64,000 bases of DNA from Mobula hypostoma (Eukaryota). A program made the position numbers and the translations under genes. The notes under the pieces were generated by a model that made no database searches, was not told the DNA's origin, and saw only the letters and a list, made by a program, of their open reading frames with translations. Position 1 is the stretch's first letter; every line of letters begins with the position of its first letter. Positions 49,845 to 63,362 of the stretch are shown in pieces. The DNA lies in contig NC_086126.1 of NCBI RefSeq assembly GCF_963921235.1, forward strand, positions 18,104,001 to 18,168,000. The letters are read 5' to 3'.

Positions 49845-50765
49845 CACAATATATAAGTTTGCTGATGACACAACAATTGCAGGCCATATCTCTGGTAATG
49901 ATGAGTTTGAGTACAGAAAGGAAATTAAGAACCTGGCGGCATGGTGCGAAGACAATAACCGATCCCTCAACGTCAGCAAGACGAAGGAATTGGTTGTTGA
50001 CTTCAGAAGGAGTAGCGGACTGCACGACCCAATTTACATCGGTGGTGCGCAAGTGGAACAGGTCAAAAGCTTTAAGTTCCTCGGGGTCAATATCACATAT
50101 GACCTGACTTGGTCCAACCAAGCAGAGTTCACTGCCAAGGAGGCCCACCAGCACCTTTACCTCCTGAGAAAATGAAAGAAATTTGGCCTGTCCTCTAAAA
50201 CCCTCACTAATTTTTATAGATGCACCATAGAAAGCAACCTGGTATGGAAGTTGTCCTGCCCAAGACCGAAAGAAGCTGCAGAAGATTGTGAAACACGGCA
50301 CAGCACATCACACAAACTAATCTTCCATCTGTGGACTCACTTTACATCACACGCTGTCGGAGCAGTGCTGCCAGGATAATCAAGGACACGACCCACCCAG
50401 CCAGCACACGTTTTGTCCCTCTTCCCTCCAGGAGAAGGCTCAGGAGCTTGAAGACTCGTACGGCCAGATTTGGGAACAGCTTCTTTCCAACTGTGATAAG
50501 ACTGCTGAACGGATCCTGACCCGGATCTGGGCCGTACCCTCCAAATATCCGGACCTGCCTCTCGTTTTTATTTGCACTACCTTACTTTCCATTTTTCTAT
50601 CTTCTATTTATGATTTATAATTTAAATATTTAATATTTACTAATTTTAACTATTTTTAGTATTTAGTATTTGTAATGCAGGGAGTGTGAAGCGCAGAATC
50701 AAATATTGCTCTGATGATTGTACGTTCTAGTACCAATTGTTTAGCAACAATAAAGTATAAAGTTT
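49845..50765 (+). mobile_element. Rex1/Babar-type LINE 3' portion
   Basis: IYKFADDTTIAG...LNVSKTKELVVDFRR...FKFLGV; DTTHPA..PLPSRRR..NSFFP; tail AATAAAGTATAAAGT. Confidence 0.9.
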
Positions 50766-51414
50766 ATTTATAGGGCCTCTGCTCCTTCCCTCTTTGGCCC
50801 TGACGAAGGATTCTGGCCCGAAATGTTGACTCATCGTTTCCACGGATGCTGCCTGACATGCTGAGTTCCTCCAGCATGTTGTGAGTGTTAAATTGGATAG
50901 ATATATGGACAGGAAAGGAATGGAGGATTATGGGCTGAGTGCAGGTCGGTGGGACTAGGATAGGGTCAGAGTTTGGAATGGACTAGAAGAGCTGAGATGG
51001 CCTGTTTCCCTGCTGTAATTGTTGTATGTTTATATAAGTGTGGGTGACAGCACACTGCAGATGTAGTCCTTGACCAGCCTCTCAAAGCATTTACTTATTA
51101 TTGAGGTGAGTGTGACAGGAGATTGTGGGATTGAGTTCAGGAGCTGTGAGGTGAAGACCTTGGTCAGACCCCACTTGGAGTTCTGTATTCAGTTCTGGTC
51201 ATCTCACTACAGGAAGGATGTGAAGAGGAGTGCAGAGGAGATTTACAAGGATGTTGCCTGGATTGGAGAGCATGCCTTATGAGAATAAGTTGAGTGAACT
51301 TGGCCTTTTCTCCTTGGAGCAATGGAGGATGAGAACTGACCTGATAGAGGTGTACAAGATGATGAGAGGCTTTGATCTTGTGGATAGTCAGAGGCCCTTT
51401 CCCAGGGCTGAATG

Positions 51415-52084
51415 GGGGTCAGTGTGGACATGGTGGAGGATTACAAATACCTGGGGATACGAATTGACAATAAACTGGACTGGTCAAAGAACACTGAGGC
51501 TGTCTACAGGAAGGGTCAGAGCCGTCCTATTTCCTGAGGAGACTGAGGTCATTTAACATCTGCCGGACGATGCCGAGGATGTTCTACTAGTCTGTGGCGG
51601 CCAGTGCGATCATGTTTGCTGTTGTGTGCTGGGGCAGCAGGCTGAGAGTAGCAGACACCAACAGAATCAACAAACTCATCCGTAAGGCCAGTGATGTTGT
51701 GGGGATGGAACTGGACTCTCTTACGGTGGTGTCTGAAAAGAGGATGTTGTCTAAGTTGCATGCCATCTTGGTCAATGTCTCCCATCCACTACATAATGTA
51801 CTGGGTGGGCACAGGAGTACATTCAGCCAGAGACTCATTCCACCGAGATGCAGCACAGAGCGTCATAGGAAGTCATTCCTGCCTGTGGCCATCAAATTTT
51901 ACAACTCCTCCCTTGGAGGGTCAGACACCCTGAGCCAATAGGCTGGTCCTGGACTTATTTCATAATTTACTGGCACAATTTACATATTACTGTTTAACTA
52001 TTTATGATTCTATTACTATTATTTATGGAGCAACTGTAACAAAAACCAATTTCCCCCGGGATCAATAAAGTATGACTATGACTA
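51415..52084 (+). mobile_element. Rex1/Babar-type 3' fragment inserted into CR1
   Basis: ASAIMFAVVCWG...NVSHPLH...RKSFLPVAIKFYN; tail AATAAAG(TATGAC)n; absent in paralogs at ~12600-12645 and ~28560-28605. Confidence 0.9.
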
Positions 52085-52904
52085 AATAGGTACTGAGGGG
52101 TTGTTAGGGGTAAGTTTTTTGCACTGCTGGCGATGGTGGTGGAAGCGGATAAAATAGTGTGTTTTTTAAGAGCATAGGTTCATGGAGCTTAGAAAAATAG
52201 AGGGTTATGCATGAAGGAATTTCTAGGCAGTTTCTAGAGTAGGTAACATGGTCGGCACAACATTGTGGGCCGAAAGGCCTGTAATGTGCTGTAGATTTCT
52301 ATGTTTTCTATGAATAAATAAATGACAGTAAATGATTTATACATATATAAAATAGAGTAAAAATAGTGCAGAGACTGATAAAATATATATATTTTTTTTA
52401 AAAAGTGAAGTAGTGTTCAAAGCTTCAATGTCAGTTTAGGAATCAGATGGCAGAGGGACAGAAGCTTTTCCTGAATCGCTGAGTGTGTGCCATCAGGCTT
52501 TTGTACCTCCTATTTGATGGTAACAATGAGAAGACGGCATGTCCTGGAGGATTGGGTCCTTAATAATGGACGTCGCGTTTCTGAGGCACCAGTCCTTGAA
52601 AATGTGTTGGATACTACAGAGGCTAGTACCCAAGATGGAGCTGACTAATCTTACAGCTTTCTGTAGATTCTTTCAGACCTGTGCAGTAACCCCTTCCCCC
52701 TCCACTGCGTACAAGACAGTGATGCAGCCTGTCAGAATGCTCTCTATGGTACGTCTATCGCAGTTATTGAGTGCTTTAAGTGACAAACCAAATCTCTTCA
52801 AACTCCTGATGAAATATATCCACTGTCTTGCCTTCTTTTACTGTAGTTGCATCGAAGTGTTGCGACCAGGTTAGATCCTCAGAGATATTGATATCCAGGA
52901 ACTT

Positions 52905-53570
52905 GATGTTAAAATCTCCCATGACTCCGATGAAATCTCTCACAACATTGCCCTTTTGACCTGCCTTTTCTGCTTCCTTTTGTAATCTGTGGTCCACATC
53001 TCAGCAACTGTTGAGAGGCCTGTATACAACTGCCATCAACGTCCTTTTTACACTTGCAGTTTTTTAACTCAACTCACAAGGATTCAACATCTTCCGATCC
53101 TATGTCACATCTTTCTACTGATTTGTTACCATTCTTTACCAGCAGAGCCATGCCATCCCCATTGTCTACCTTCCTATCCCTCTGATACGTGTAACCTTGG
53201 GCACTTAGCTCCCAACTAGAAACATTCTTCAGCCGTGATTCAGAGTTGGTCACAACATTATACATGACAATCTGTAATAGGGCAATAAGATTATCCACCT
53301 TATTTCTTATACTCCAACTATTGAGATATAACAGTTTGAGTACTGCATTTGCTACCCTTATTGATTCTGCATCCCTCATGCACTGATACTCACCCTGCTG
53401 GCTGCAGTTATGTCCTATCATCTGCCTGCCCTTCCTGACAGTGTGACTGCATGCGATGGTTGCTTTTTTACCATCTGTCCTATCCTGCATCCTTTCCCGC
53501 CTGTTCCCACGCCCCTGCCAAATTAGTTTAAACCCTCCCCAACTACTGTAACAAACCAGCAGTATGCCCA
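52905..53570 (-). mobile_element. CR1 ORF1/ORF2 junction (APE start)
   Basis: ORF 53074-53571 LKLLYLNSWSIRNKVD; VMGDFN at ~52910-52925. Confidence 0.8.
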
Positions 53571-55573
53571 CAAGAAAACTAACCTCAGGGTTGTATATGG
53601 TGGCAGAAATGTATTTTGATAATACATTTACTTTTAGCTTTGAACTTTGTAGTAGAGAGCCGGGTCTGTGTCCTCACTGGCCGGTGCTATTCTCTGGCAG
53701 CTCAGTGTACTTGATATACAGTGTCAGTGTTTTGACAGAAGTGTGTACTTATTACACAATTGATCTTGTCCATCCTGGAGCTTGGAAGATTCACTGGTGA
53801 CCAGAATGATTTTTTCAGACTATTATTGGGCAGAGAATCATTCTGTGATCGTCGAGACTATTTGACCCATCAAATTTATACCAACTCCTGCTTCAACATT
53901 TCCACAGTCCCATTCCCCACTCTGTTCCCACAGCTCTGCAGGTCATTTCCCCTGAAAGACCTGTCTAATTCCTCTTTGAACACTAGTTGTTCCCACCACC
54001 ACTCTGCTGTGTCCCATATTTCCCAAGGTGACGTCAAGAATGTTCCCCTCCCTGGTGGACCAGATATTGTTTCAGGAAACCTTCCTGAATACAAACAATG
54101 CCCCATCCAAGCTTCAGACGATCCAGAACTGGTCACTGGGTTACTCCAGTACTTGTATCATCCCAGTCTGAAACAGACCCGTTATTCTGTCTCAGTATGA
54201 TAACCAGTCTATAGTCAGTATTAAAACACTTCCTTCCCAGTACTGAGCTCTGGTGTTGTGCACCAGCCTTACATGTGGCACCTTGGGAAATGGCTCCTGA
54301 AAATCCAAAAACACCACTTTTCCAACTTCCCCTGTAAAGTCTCAAATCTCTGGTATGTTTGTCAAACATGACTGAACATTCAACATCCCAGGTTACAGGG
54401 TCCGAGACAAGGTTACAGATGGACAGGGTGGTGAAGAGGCTTTTGGAACACTGGCCTTCAGTCAGGGCACCGAATATAGAGGGTGGGATGAGATGTTGCA
54501 GTTGTACAACACGTTGGTTTGGCTGCATTTCTCAAATCGTGTTTAGTTTTAGTGACCCTGCAGTATGACAGACACCACTAAGCTGGAAAGAGTGCAGAGG
54601 AGATTTACGGGGATGTTACTGGATCTCAAAGGATTTGTGGAAAGGTGTTTTGGACAATTTTCCCTGGAATGTTGGAGAATGAGTGCTGATATTGCAGAGG
54701 TGTGTAAAATCATGAGGGACCTGGAGGCTGGTCAGTAAATGGAATGAGCTGCGAGGGGGAGTGGTTGAGTCAGCTACATTAAAAAGGTACTTGGACAGGT
54801 AGATGGAAAGGAAAGGTTTTGAGTACATGGGCCAAATGAAGAGAAATGGGACAAAGAGGAGGATAACCTTGTTCATAATGTGGTGTTGAGGGGGTTACGG
54901 ACACAAGCTCAGTTGGGAACTTTGGTCGTCATGGAATCTGTGTGAATCTGACTGTAGACCCTGTAGAGTTAGTTCAATGACATTAAACTTTTCCAAATGA
55001 CTTGTTATTTCTTCATAGGTTATAGGTTCCAGTACCTGAAGTGAAGTTAACAGGACAACAATTACCTGCTTTTTATCTTCCACCCTTCTTCAACAATGGT
55101 TTTCAACTCCAGTGGGACCTTTCTGTAACAGTGAGTTTTGACAGACTTCAATGTCTCTACTTTCTCTCCAGACTTCCTGTGAAACCCTTCAGTGCAGGTT
55201 GTTAGGACCTGGTAAAGTTTGCTTTTAGTCCCACTAGTTTCTCCCTTGTGATGGCGATCGTTACACATTATGGCACAATGTTGAAATGTCACCGTTAGAT
55301 ATCTGTGGGATGTTTGCTGTGCCCCCACTGTGAACAGTAACGCAAATTATTGAGTTAACTTCTCTGTGTGTCCCTTGTTACTTTTAGCTTTTATCTCATC
55401 ACTGGTTCCTAGAAAATTCCTGATTCACTTGTCTACCACCAGCCCTTGCCTCTTGGTATGTGCTTTGATTTAATATTTCCTTGAATGCCTTTGACCACAC
55501 CTCAGGATCTTGAGGCCACTCCTACCCATGTCTTCGTTCCCTTCCTCTTTCATCATCATTCTCCCTACATATA

Positions 55574-56168
55574 AAGTGCCTATGAAAAGTATTCACACCC
55601 CTTGGAAGTTTTCATGTTTTATAGTTTTACAACATTGAATCTCAGTGGATTGAATTTGGCTTTTTTTGAAACTAATCAATGGAAAAAGACTCTTTTGTCA
55701 AAGAGAAAACAAATCTCTACAAAATGCTGTCAATTAATTACAGACCTAAAACACAAAATAATTTTCTGTACAAGTATCCACCCCCGATTAATATGACACA
55801 CCAAATCATCAGTGGTGCAGCTAATTAGTTTTCGAAGTTATGTAATCAGTTAAATGGAGATCACTGTGTGCAGTCAAGGTGTTTCAATTGATTGTAGTAA
55901 TAGTACACCTGTAAGTGAAAGGTCCAACTGCTGGTGAGTCAGTATCCTGGGAGAAACTACACCATGAAGACAAATTAACACTCCGAGCTGCTCTGCAAAA
56001 AGGTAATTGAAAAACACAAGCCAGGAGATGGATACAAGAACATTTCCAAGTCACTGAATGCCCTTGGAGTATAGTTAAGTCACTCATCCAGAAGTGGGAA
56101 GAATATGGCACAGCTGTAAATCTGCCAAGAGCAGGCCATCCTCAAAAACTGAGTGGCCATGCAAGAAC
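55574..56168 (+). mobile_element. Tc1-like transposon left end with transposase N-terminus
   Basis: TA then (C)AGTGCCTATGAAAAGTATTCAC TIR; from ATG 55964 decayed KVIEKHKPGDGYKNISKSL...KWEEYGTAVNLPRAGHPQKLS (paired-like HTH). Confidence 0.9.
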
Positions 56169-57774
56169 AGATGGCAACCTGCCCTTCGACCCACAATATC
56201 TGCACCAATCATAATAATGATCAGACTTTATAAAGTACTGGGGAGGTCTCATTGGTATATTGTGAGCAGTTTTGGGCCCTTCATCTTAGGAAGGATGAGC
56301 TGAAATTGGGTGGGTTTCAAAGGACGTTCTCCAGTTTGATTCCTGGATGAAACAGCTTGTCATATGGAGAGCATCTGATGGCTCTGGGCCTGTATTCACT
56401 GGAATTTTTGAACAATGAGGGATGGCCCAATTGAAACCTATCGAATGGTGTAAGGCAGTGATAAAGTGGATGTGCAGAAGATGGGAGTGGCTAATATCAG
56501 GACACAGCGTCAGAATAGAGGAGCATCCTTGTAGAATGTGATGATAAGGAATTTCTTTAGCCAGAGAGTGGTGAATCTGTGGAATTCATTGCCAAAGGAA
56601 GCTGTTAAGCCAGGACTTTATGTATATTTAAGGCGGAGGTTGATAGATTCTTGATTGGTCAGCGTATGAAGGGATACAGGGGAAAAGCAGAAGACTGGGG
56701 CTTGATCAGCCATATTGAAATGTTGGAGCAGACTCGATGGGCCAAATGGTCTAATTCTGCTCCTATATCTTAGTCTGTATCACCTCCTCAAAAACCTCAA
56801 TCAATTTTATCACGCGTGATCTGCCCACACAAAACCATTCTGATTGTCGCTTAACAGGCCATGCCTTTCCAAATGTGCATAAATCCTGTATCTCAATATT
56901 CTCCCCAATAGCTTCTCTACCACTGAAATGAGGATGCCTTGCCTGTAGGTTCCTGGATTCTTGTTATTTCCCTTCTTGATCAAAGCTGCAACATTTGCGA
57001 CACTCCAGTCCTGTGGGTCCTCACATGTTGTGATGGAGGACACATAGATCCTTGTCAAATCCCCAGCAATCTGCTCACTTGTTTCTTTCACTATTGCAGG
57101 ATATATGCCTTCAGGCCTGGAGTCTTATCCATCTTATTGCTTCTCAGAAGTCCCAGCACAACCTCCTCCTTAATCTCAACACCTCTCTGCACATTAGCAT
57201 GTCTCACTCTGTTTTCATTGCCATTCAATTCCTTCTCCTCATAAATACTGACACAACATACTCATTTAGTACCTCAGCCACTTGGTCTGACTTCAACCAC
57301 ATCATTCCTCCTTTAATCTTGAGTCAACCTTTCCATTCTCTGGTTATCCTCACTTTATTAATACAAGTCAAAAAGGCCTTGGGATTATCTTTGGTCCCAC
57401 ATTACAAGGACTGTTTGTGGCCCCAATTTAGCCTTTCCTATCATCTGCTTTAGCATTTCCCTGCTATCGTTATATTCCAAAGGTACCCAGTCTGACTTTA
57501 GCTTCACAAACCTTACATATCCTTCTGTCTAAATTTAGGATCTCTGTGCTCATCCAAAGTTCCCTTCCTCCTCCTCACTCCTCACTGGAACATGCTGATC
57601 CTGAACTCAGATTTGCTGCTCTTTAAACAACTCCCACATGTCAGATGTGGACTTGTCTGACAGTGTCTGCTCCCAATCAATGCCCCTTGGCTCCTGTCTT
57701 CCTCCGTCCTGACTTGTCGTCCTGCAAATTAGTACCTTCATACAAGATCTAATTTTATTCTTACTCATAACTAA

Positions 57775-58620
57775 AAAAAAAAGTTGTGATCACTGTTCCC
57801 AAAGTGTTCACTGACTCTTGGCTGTCAGCTGGCCTGGCTCGTTTCCCAAAACTAATTCCTGTCTGTTCTCAACTCTGGTTGGGCCCTGTACATAATGTTT
57901 CAAACACTGCTCAGATTCACTGAACAAACCTTGCTCATCTAAGTATTGATCAAGATCCAGTCAATTCTAGGGAAGATCAAGTCCCTCACTATGACAACCC
58001 TGTTGTTCTGCACCTCTCCATATTGGGGGCCAATACGATAATCCCATCAGTGTAACTGCAGATTGTCTCTGTAAATGAGCCTTCTAGTTTGCTGTGACAT
58101 TCCCAGTGTGGTAACCTCTGCATCTTTTACCCCCCCCCCACTCACATGTAAAACAATCAAACCCAGGAATGTTGAGCTGCCAGCCCTGTCCCTCTGCTAA
58201 CGTAACACTCGTAGTGTTGAAATAAACTCATTTCAGCCCATCAGTCCCACCATGTTTATTAGCCTGACAACGGTTCTCGTTCTTTTCAGACTGTCTTGTC
58301 ATACAGACATTCTCCCACTTGCTACTCTTGTTCAAACTCTGCCAAGTGACACCATCAAACCTCCTGGTGAAAATGTTGGTTCCCCTCCTGTTCAGATGCA
58401 AATGGTCTTGTTTGTCCCGGTCTCCCACCTGCCTGGAAGAGAGCCCATTGATCCATGAAGACATCGCTCCCGCATCAGTTCCTCAGCAACATATTAAACT
58501 GCATGAAATATCGATTTCCCACCCCACAGCCACATGGTTTGCGTCGTAATACAATCCTGGAAGTCCTGATATTTTAACCTTGTTCCCGAAAATCACTGTG
58601 TCGGACCTCATCCCTGCTCG
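57775..58620 (-). mobile_element. Decayed CR1 5' region (ORF1 end/APE)
   Basis: DHLHLNRRGTNIF (esterase ORF1 C-terminus) in ORF 58228-58464. Confidence 0.65.
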
Positions 58621-59265
58621 TTTAAACCCTTCCATGTAGCACGAAGAAGGCTCCCCGGAAACATATTGGCTCCCCTCCTCCTTGGACCCGGCTCGTTTCC
58701 CTTGAGACCCAATGATCCTTGTACCTGAAGACCCACCCGCCTCACACCAGCCCCTCAATCACCCCTTTACCTGGGCTTTGGAAGACGACAGAAGCGCGGT
58801 CTATATATCTGGTTATGTATCTTGTTCCTGTATGTGACCGGTCTTTCATTTCCCTGGCGACCCAGAGGAACAGTTGTTTTAATGAATTAACCCTCTCATC
58901 ACTGGAAGTGACCGCACCCTCTCCCACCAACTGCTGTGTGTGAGGGCGCTCACACTGGTCATGGGGCCGGGGAGGGATAGACCGAGGGCTTCGGGGATTT
59001 GCAGAATGGAAAAGCACTTCCCATAATTTAAAGCAGGAGAATCGGTAAATTCCCAGAAATCCTCCAGTGGTGTGTGAGGGAGTTTTGTTTTTCGCTGGAG
59101 CGCTTTGGGTCGGATGAATCGTTGGAAATTGGCGGTTGTGGTAAAGTGAAGGCGGAGCTGGACGATGAGAGGCCGCTCTCGGCTCTGTCCGTCACTCTGA
59201 CTCTGTCTCCTCCCCTCCCCGCTTCTGTCTCTCTGCGCGTTTCTCGGGCAGGTCGGGGGGCTGTG

Positions 59266-59272
59266 TATAAAA
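59266..59272 (+). promoter_or_regulatory. TATA box of the H4 locus
   Basis: TATAAAA ~55-60 nt upstream of the H4 ATG. Confidence 0.75.
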
Positions 59273-59326
59273 GGAGACAGTAGCAGGCAGTTTGTCAGTG
59301 AGCAGCGACCTGAGTGAAGCAGCATC

Positions 59327-59638
<312 letters not shown>

Positions 59639-59671
59639 AAAACTCCCACCTCCTCCCGAGCACAAAACAAA

Positions 59672-59687
59672 GGCTCTTCTGAAAGCC
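59672..59687 (+). other. Degenerate histone 3' stem-loop
   Basis: AAA GGCTCTTCTGAAAGCC ACCCA; one stem mismatch versus GGCTCTTTTCAGAGCC. Confidence 0.85.
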
Positions 59688-60127
59688 ACCCACCGCCTCA
59701 CAGACGGAGCCGTATCCACGGACTTTTAATTATTTTTATCGGTACATTCAGCGGAGTTACATTTGAAACAGATTAATCGGTTCGGCTTGAAATATTCCTG
59801 CGAATCTGCCTTTCCAGTTGGTGATAACGACAGAACCTTTGAACGCAGTAAGATCGATGTTTATCCTTTTTTCGGTCTCGGACAGGAATGAATTCACACG
59901 TTTAGAGAAACGATTCCGTAATTATGCATTTAAATCTTAACTCAGGGGACTAGATATTACATTTATTAAATGAAACTGAAATAGTATAATCCGTGACAAA
60001 ATTAATGGTAAATAATTTTTAAAAAGTAATCCAGCACCGTTGCTGGGTGCTCTGAAATTGGCGGGCAATTTGAAATTAATCCTGCGCCAATCACACTGTA
60101 TTCTGATTGGATGAAGTCCGACCGCCA

Positions 60128-60333
60128 GTAAATTCCAAGAAATCCTTCAATTTGTACATGGTGTGTGAGGGAGGTTTTTTTTTTCTGGAACACTGTGTTT
60201 CGGATAAACCGTTGGAAATTGCCGGGTGTATTAAAGTGAAGACGGACCTGGAAGATGAGAGGCTCTGGCCGTCACTCTGACTCTTGTTTCCTCCCCTTCC
60301 CGCCTCTGTCTCTCTGCGCGTTTCTCGGGCAGG
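60128..60333 (+). repeat. Diverged duplicate of the H4 upstream region 59045-59252, with no gene attached
   Basis: Shared GTAAATTCC..AGAAATCC ... CTGTCTCTCTGCGCGTTTCTCGGGCAGG; stops just before the TATA box. Confidence 0.85.
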
Positions 60334-60639
60334 AGTAGTGGCAGAGGATTCGAGGATGGGTCATATTATGTGGTAATATAGGATCGAAGGAAAACCAAAC
60401 ACAGGAAATTGTGCAGATGCTGATGGAGGGTCTCGGCCTGAAACGTTGGCTGTTTACTGTTTCTCATAGATGCTGCCTGGCCTGCTGAGTTCCTCCAGCA
60501 CTGCGCGTGTATCGCTGCGAGGAAAAGCCTGGGAGCTGAGTCAGGGCTGCTGCTGCTTTCATTTATTAAAGACTCGGCTGATAACGTCACTGCCCGGCTC
60601 AGCAAATTTATCGATGTCACTAAAGTTGGTGATACCGTG

Positions 60640-62920
60640 GAGTGTGAAACAATGCAACTAACATTACAACAGGATGGTGATCAATGAAGTCAGTGATTTG
60701 AGGAATGACAGATAAATGTGAGATGTTCCATTGTCATTGACGAACCAGGGCAGAACTGCCGTGGGGAATGGTCTGTCCCTGGGAGTGCTGTAAAACAGAT
60801 ATCGGGGTGCAGATATCGAATTCCTTCAGAGTGTAAACACAGGTAGGCAGGACGGTGAAGAAGGTGTCGCCACACTTGCATTCATCGGGTAGAGTATCGG
60901 GCACTGGACTGTGAAGTCACATTACAGCTCTCCCAGCCTCGGGGAAACTACTCTTGGAGCACGGAGTACAGTTATAGTTGCCCTGGGATCAGAGGGTGAC
61001 ATTAAACTGAAGAGGGTGCAAAAGGGATTTAACAGGAGGCTGGATAGGCCAGGACCTTTCTCACCAGAGTGTATGTGACATTAGAGAGGTGAAAAAATAA
61101 TGGCAGTCATAGATACGGTCAATAGTGAATTTGTTATCTCCAGAGTTTTAGAGTTGGAAGCGAGAGATTACAGATATAAAGTGAGAGAGGGAAGATTTAA
61201 ATAGGACCCTGATGAGCAGGTTTTGTACACAGAATGTGCTGTTTACATGGAACAAACTACCCCAAGTGGTGGTATAGGTGGGCACAGTTGCAATATCTCT
61301 TGGACTGTGGAGAGGGAAGTCTCACAGGGACATGGGCCAAATGCAGGTAAGTGACAATAGTTTTGTTTGGCCACTTGGTCAGCTGATGTGTTGGGCTGAA
61401 GGGCCTGTTTCTGTGCTGCATAACTCAGTGACTACGTCTGCTGCTGTGGCAGAGCGGGAGGGACAGTGTCAGTAGTGAGAAGGTTTGGGGGATGTAGACA
61501 GGAGAGTGAATGGTTGAGGATGTGGCAGATGGAACAGAATGTGGGGAAATGTGAGATCACCCATTCCCAGGAACAAACTATGAGTCATTTCCATACGGGG
61601 TTGTTCAGAGGGACCTGGGCATCCTTGTAAACAAATCACTTGAGTTAACAAGCAGGTACAAGTAATGAGAGAAGCAAACAGTTTTTGTCCTGTGATCCAG
61701 GGGGAGTGGAGAAGAAGGTACAGATTTCTCACTGGGATTATATAGGGCCCTGGTGAGAGCACACCTTGAGTATCGAGTCCAGGTTTGGTCACACTTCCTC
61801 AGGAAGGATATCCCTGCAATAGAGAGAGTGCGGTGACTGTTCCCCACACTGACTGGTGCCAGGGATGGAAGGTTGGTTATGTAAGCGGAGAGTGAGGGGG
61901 CTGGGTCTGTATTCCCTGCAGTTAATGAGAAAATGAGGAAATCTGTCATATTCTTTCAGGATGTGACAGACAGTAGGCAAGCAGGATGTTTCCCCTGAAT
62001 AAGAACTCCATAACTGAGGAAAATATCCTCAGAATGAGGTGTAAATCACAAACACGAGAGAATCTGCTGATGCTGGAAATCCAAAGCAACACACACTAAA
62101 TGCTGGAGGAACTCAGCAGGACAGGCACACCCTATGGAAAAGAGTAAACAGTCGACTCTTTGGACTGAGACCCTTCATCAGATCCTTCCCTGGTGAAGAT
62201 TCTCAGCCCGAAGTAGCGACTCGTTACTCTTTTCCATAGGTGCTGCCCGGCCTGCTGACCTACTCCAGCATTTAGTGTGTGTTGCTCAGAATGAAATGAC
62301 AAGCATTCAGGATGGAAATGAGATGATATTTCTTTAATCAGAGAACAAAGAAGGTCTGTATTCCTTATATAAGTAATGTGGAGCCTCAGGTGCTGGGTTG
62401 AGTCAAAGCTGAGATCAACAGTCTCTGGGAGAGTTTCAGTCACCAAGTGAGTCCATAAGACCAGAAGATATAGGAGCAGAATTCGGCCATTTTGCCTGTC
62501 GAGCCTTCTCTGGCATTTCATCATTACTGATCAATTTTTCCTCTGAGCCCCAATCTCCTGCCTTCCTTTGTATCCCTTCGTGCCCGGATCAATTAAGAAT
62601 CTATGAATCTTTGCCTATACCTAGTGATTTGGCCTCCACAGCTGCCTGTGGCAAAGAAGTTCAGATTCACCACTCTCTGGCTGAATAAATTCCTCCTCAT
62701 CTCCATTCTAAAAGGATGCCCCTCCATTTTGAAGCTGTGTGGTCCAGTTTTATACACTCCCACCACAGGAAATATCCTCTCCACATCCACTCACTCAAGC
62801 CCTTTCACTATTTGATAGGTTTCAATTTGGTAACTCTTCTTTCTTCTAAGTTCCAGTGAATTGAGGCCCAGAGCTGTGAAGCTGTCTTCATTAGACAAGC
62901 CACTTAATCCTGGTAAAATT
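60640..62920. mobile_element. Decayed CR1 3' fragments with an embedded inverted Penelope-end pair (62050-62290)
   Basis: CR1 C-terminal and 3' UTR remnants (e.g. ORF 62593-62790 FRMEMRRNLFSQRVVNL). Confidence 0.7.
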
Positions 62921-63231
62921 CTCCATTTGTGACTTCATGTCAGCACAAAAAAATCTAGATTTCAGAGATGTTTGCATTTTGGAATTATGGACCAATCTGC
63001 ACAGCCCTAATTACTACTTTGTACTGTAGTAAACACTGTTTATCCCAGGCACACAGATGCAAAATAAAGACAGATGTAAATTTAAGGTAGGGAAGTTGAA
63101 CCTTACTTGGAGATAAAGCCTGATTAGTAGGCCTCAGAACATTATACTCCCCAAATGGTCAAAATAAAGCCAAGTAACAAGGTCTAAAATACCCACAATA
63201 TGCAGAATTACATGCCTCTTATTATCTTGGT

Positions 63232-63362
63232 CCATGGGATAATCACAAGCTGGGCCTGATCAACCCTGGCTGGGTCACCTGGGCGAGGATGTCTTATGAT
63301 TAAAGACCTGAAACACCCAATGACCCCAGGTTGCATTACTGACGATGTGTCCCTTTGCACAC
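63232..63362 (+). mobile_element. Possible R2-Hero-type non-LTR 3' UTR fragment
   Basis: CCTGATCAACCCTGGCTGGGTCACCTGG...AAAGACCTGAAACACCCAATGACCCCAGG...CTGACGATGTGTCC resembles fish Hero 3' ends from memory, not verified. Confidence 0.35.

Larger units (their letters stand above)
51038..57770 (-). repeat. Right arm of a diverged inverted segmental duplication of blocks in 1-13020
   Basis: Reverse-complement matches with shared TE junctions: 1-790 plus 4081-4760 vs 57770-56260; 6650-7410 vs 55500-54725; 11805-13020 vs 52905-51038. Confidence 0.9.

Noticed and set aside
4931-56168. The two Tc1 fragments as ends of one giant composite transposon
   Set aside because: Both TIRs face the same direction on the + strand and their flanks are not a shared target site
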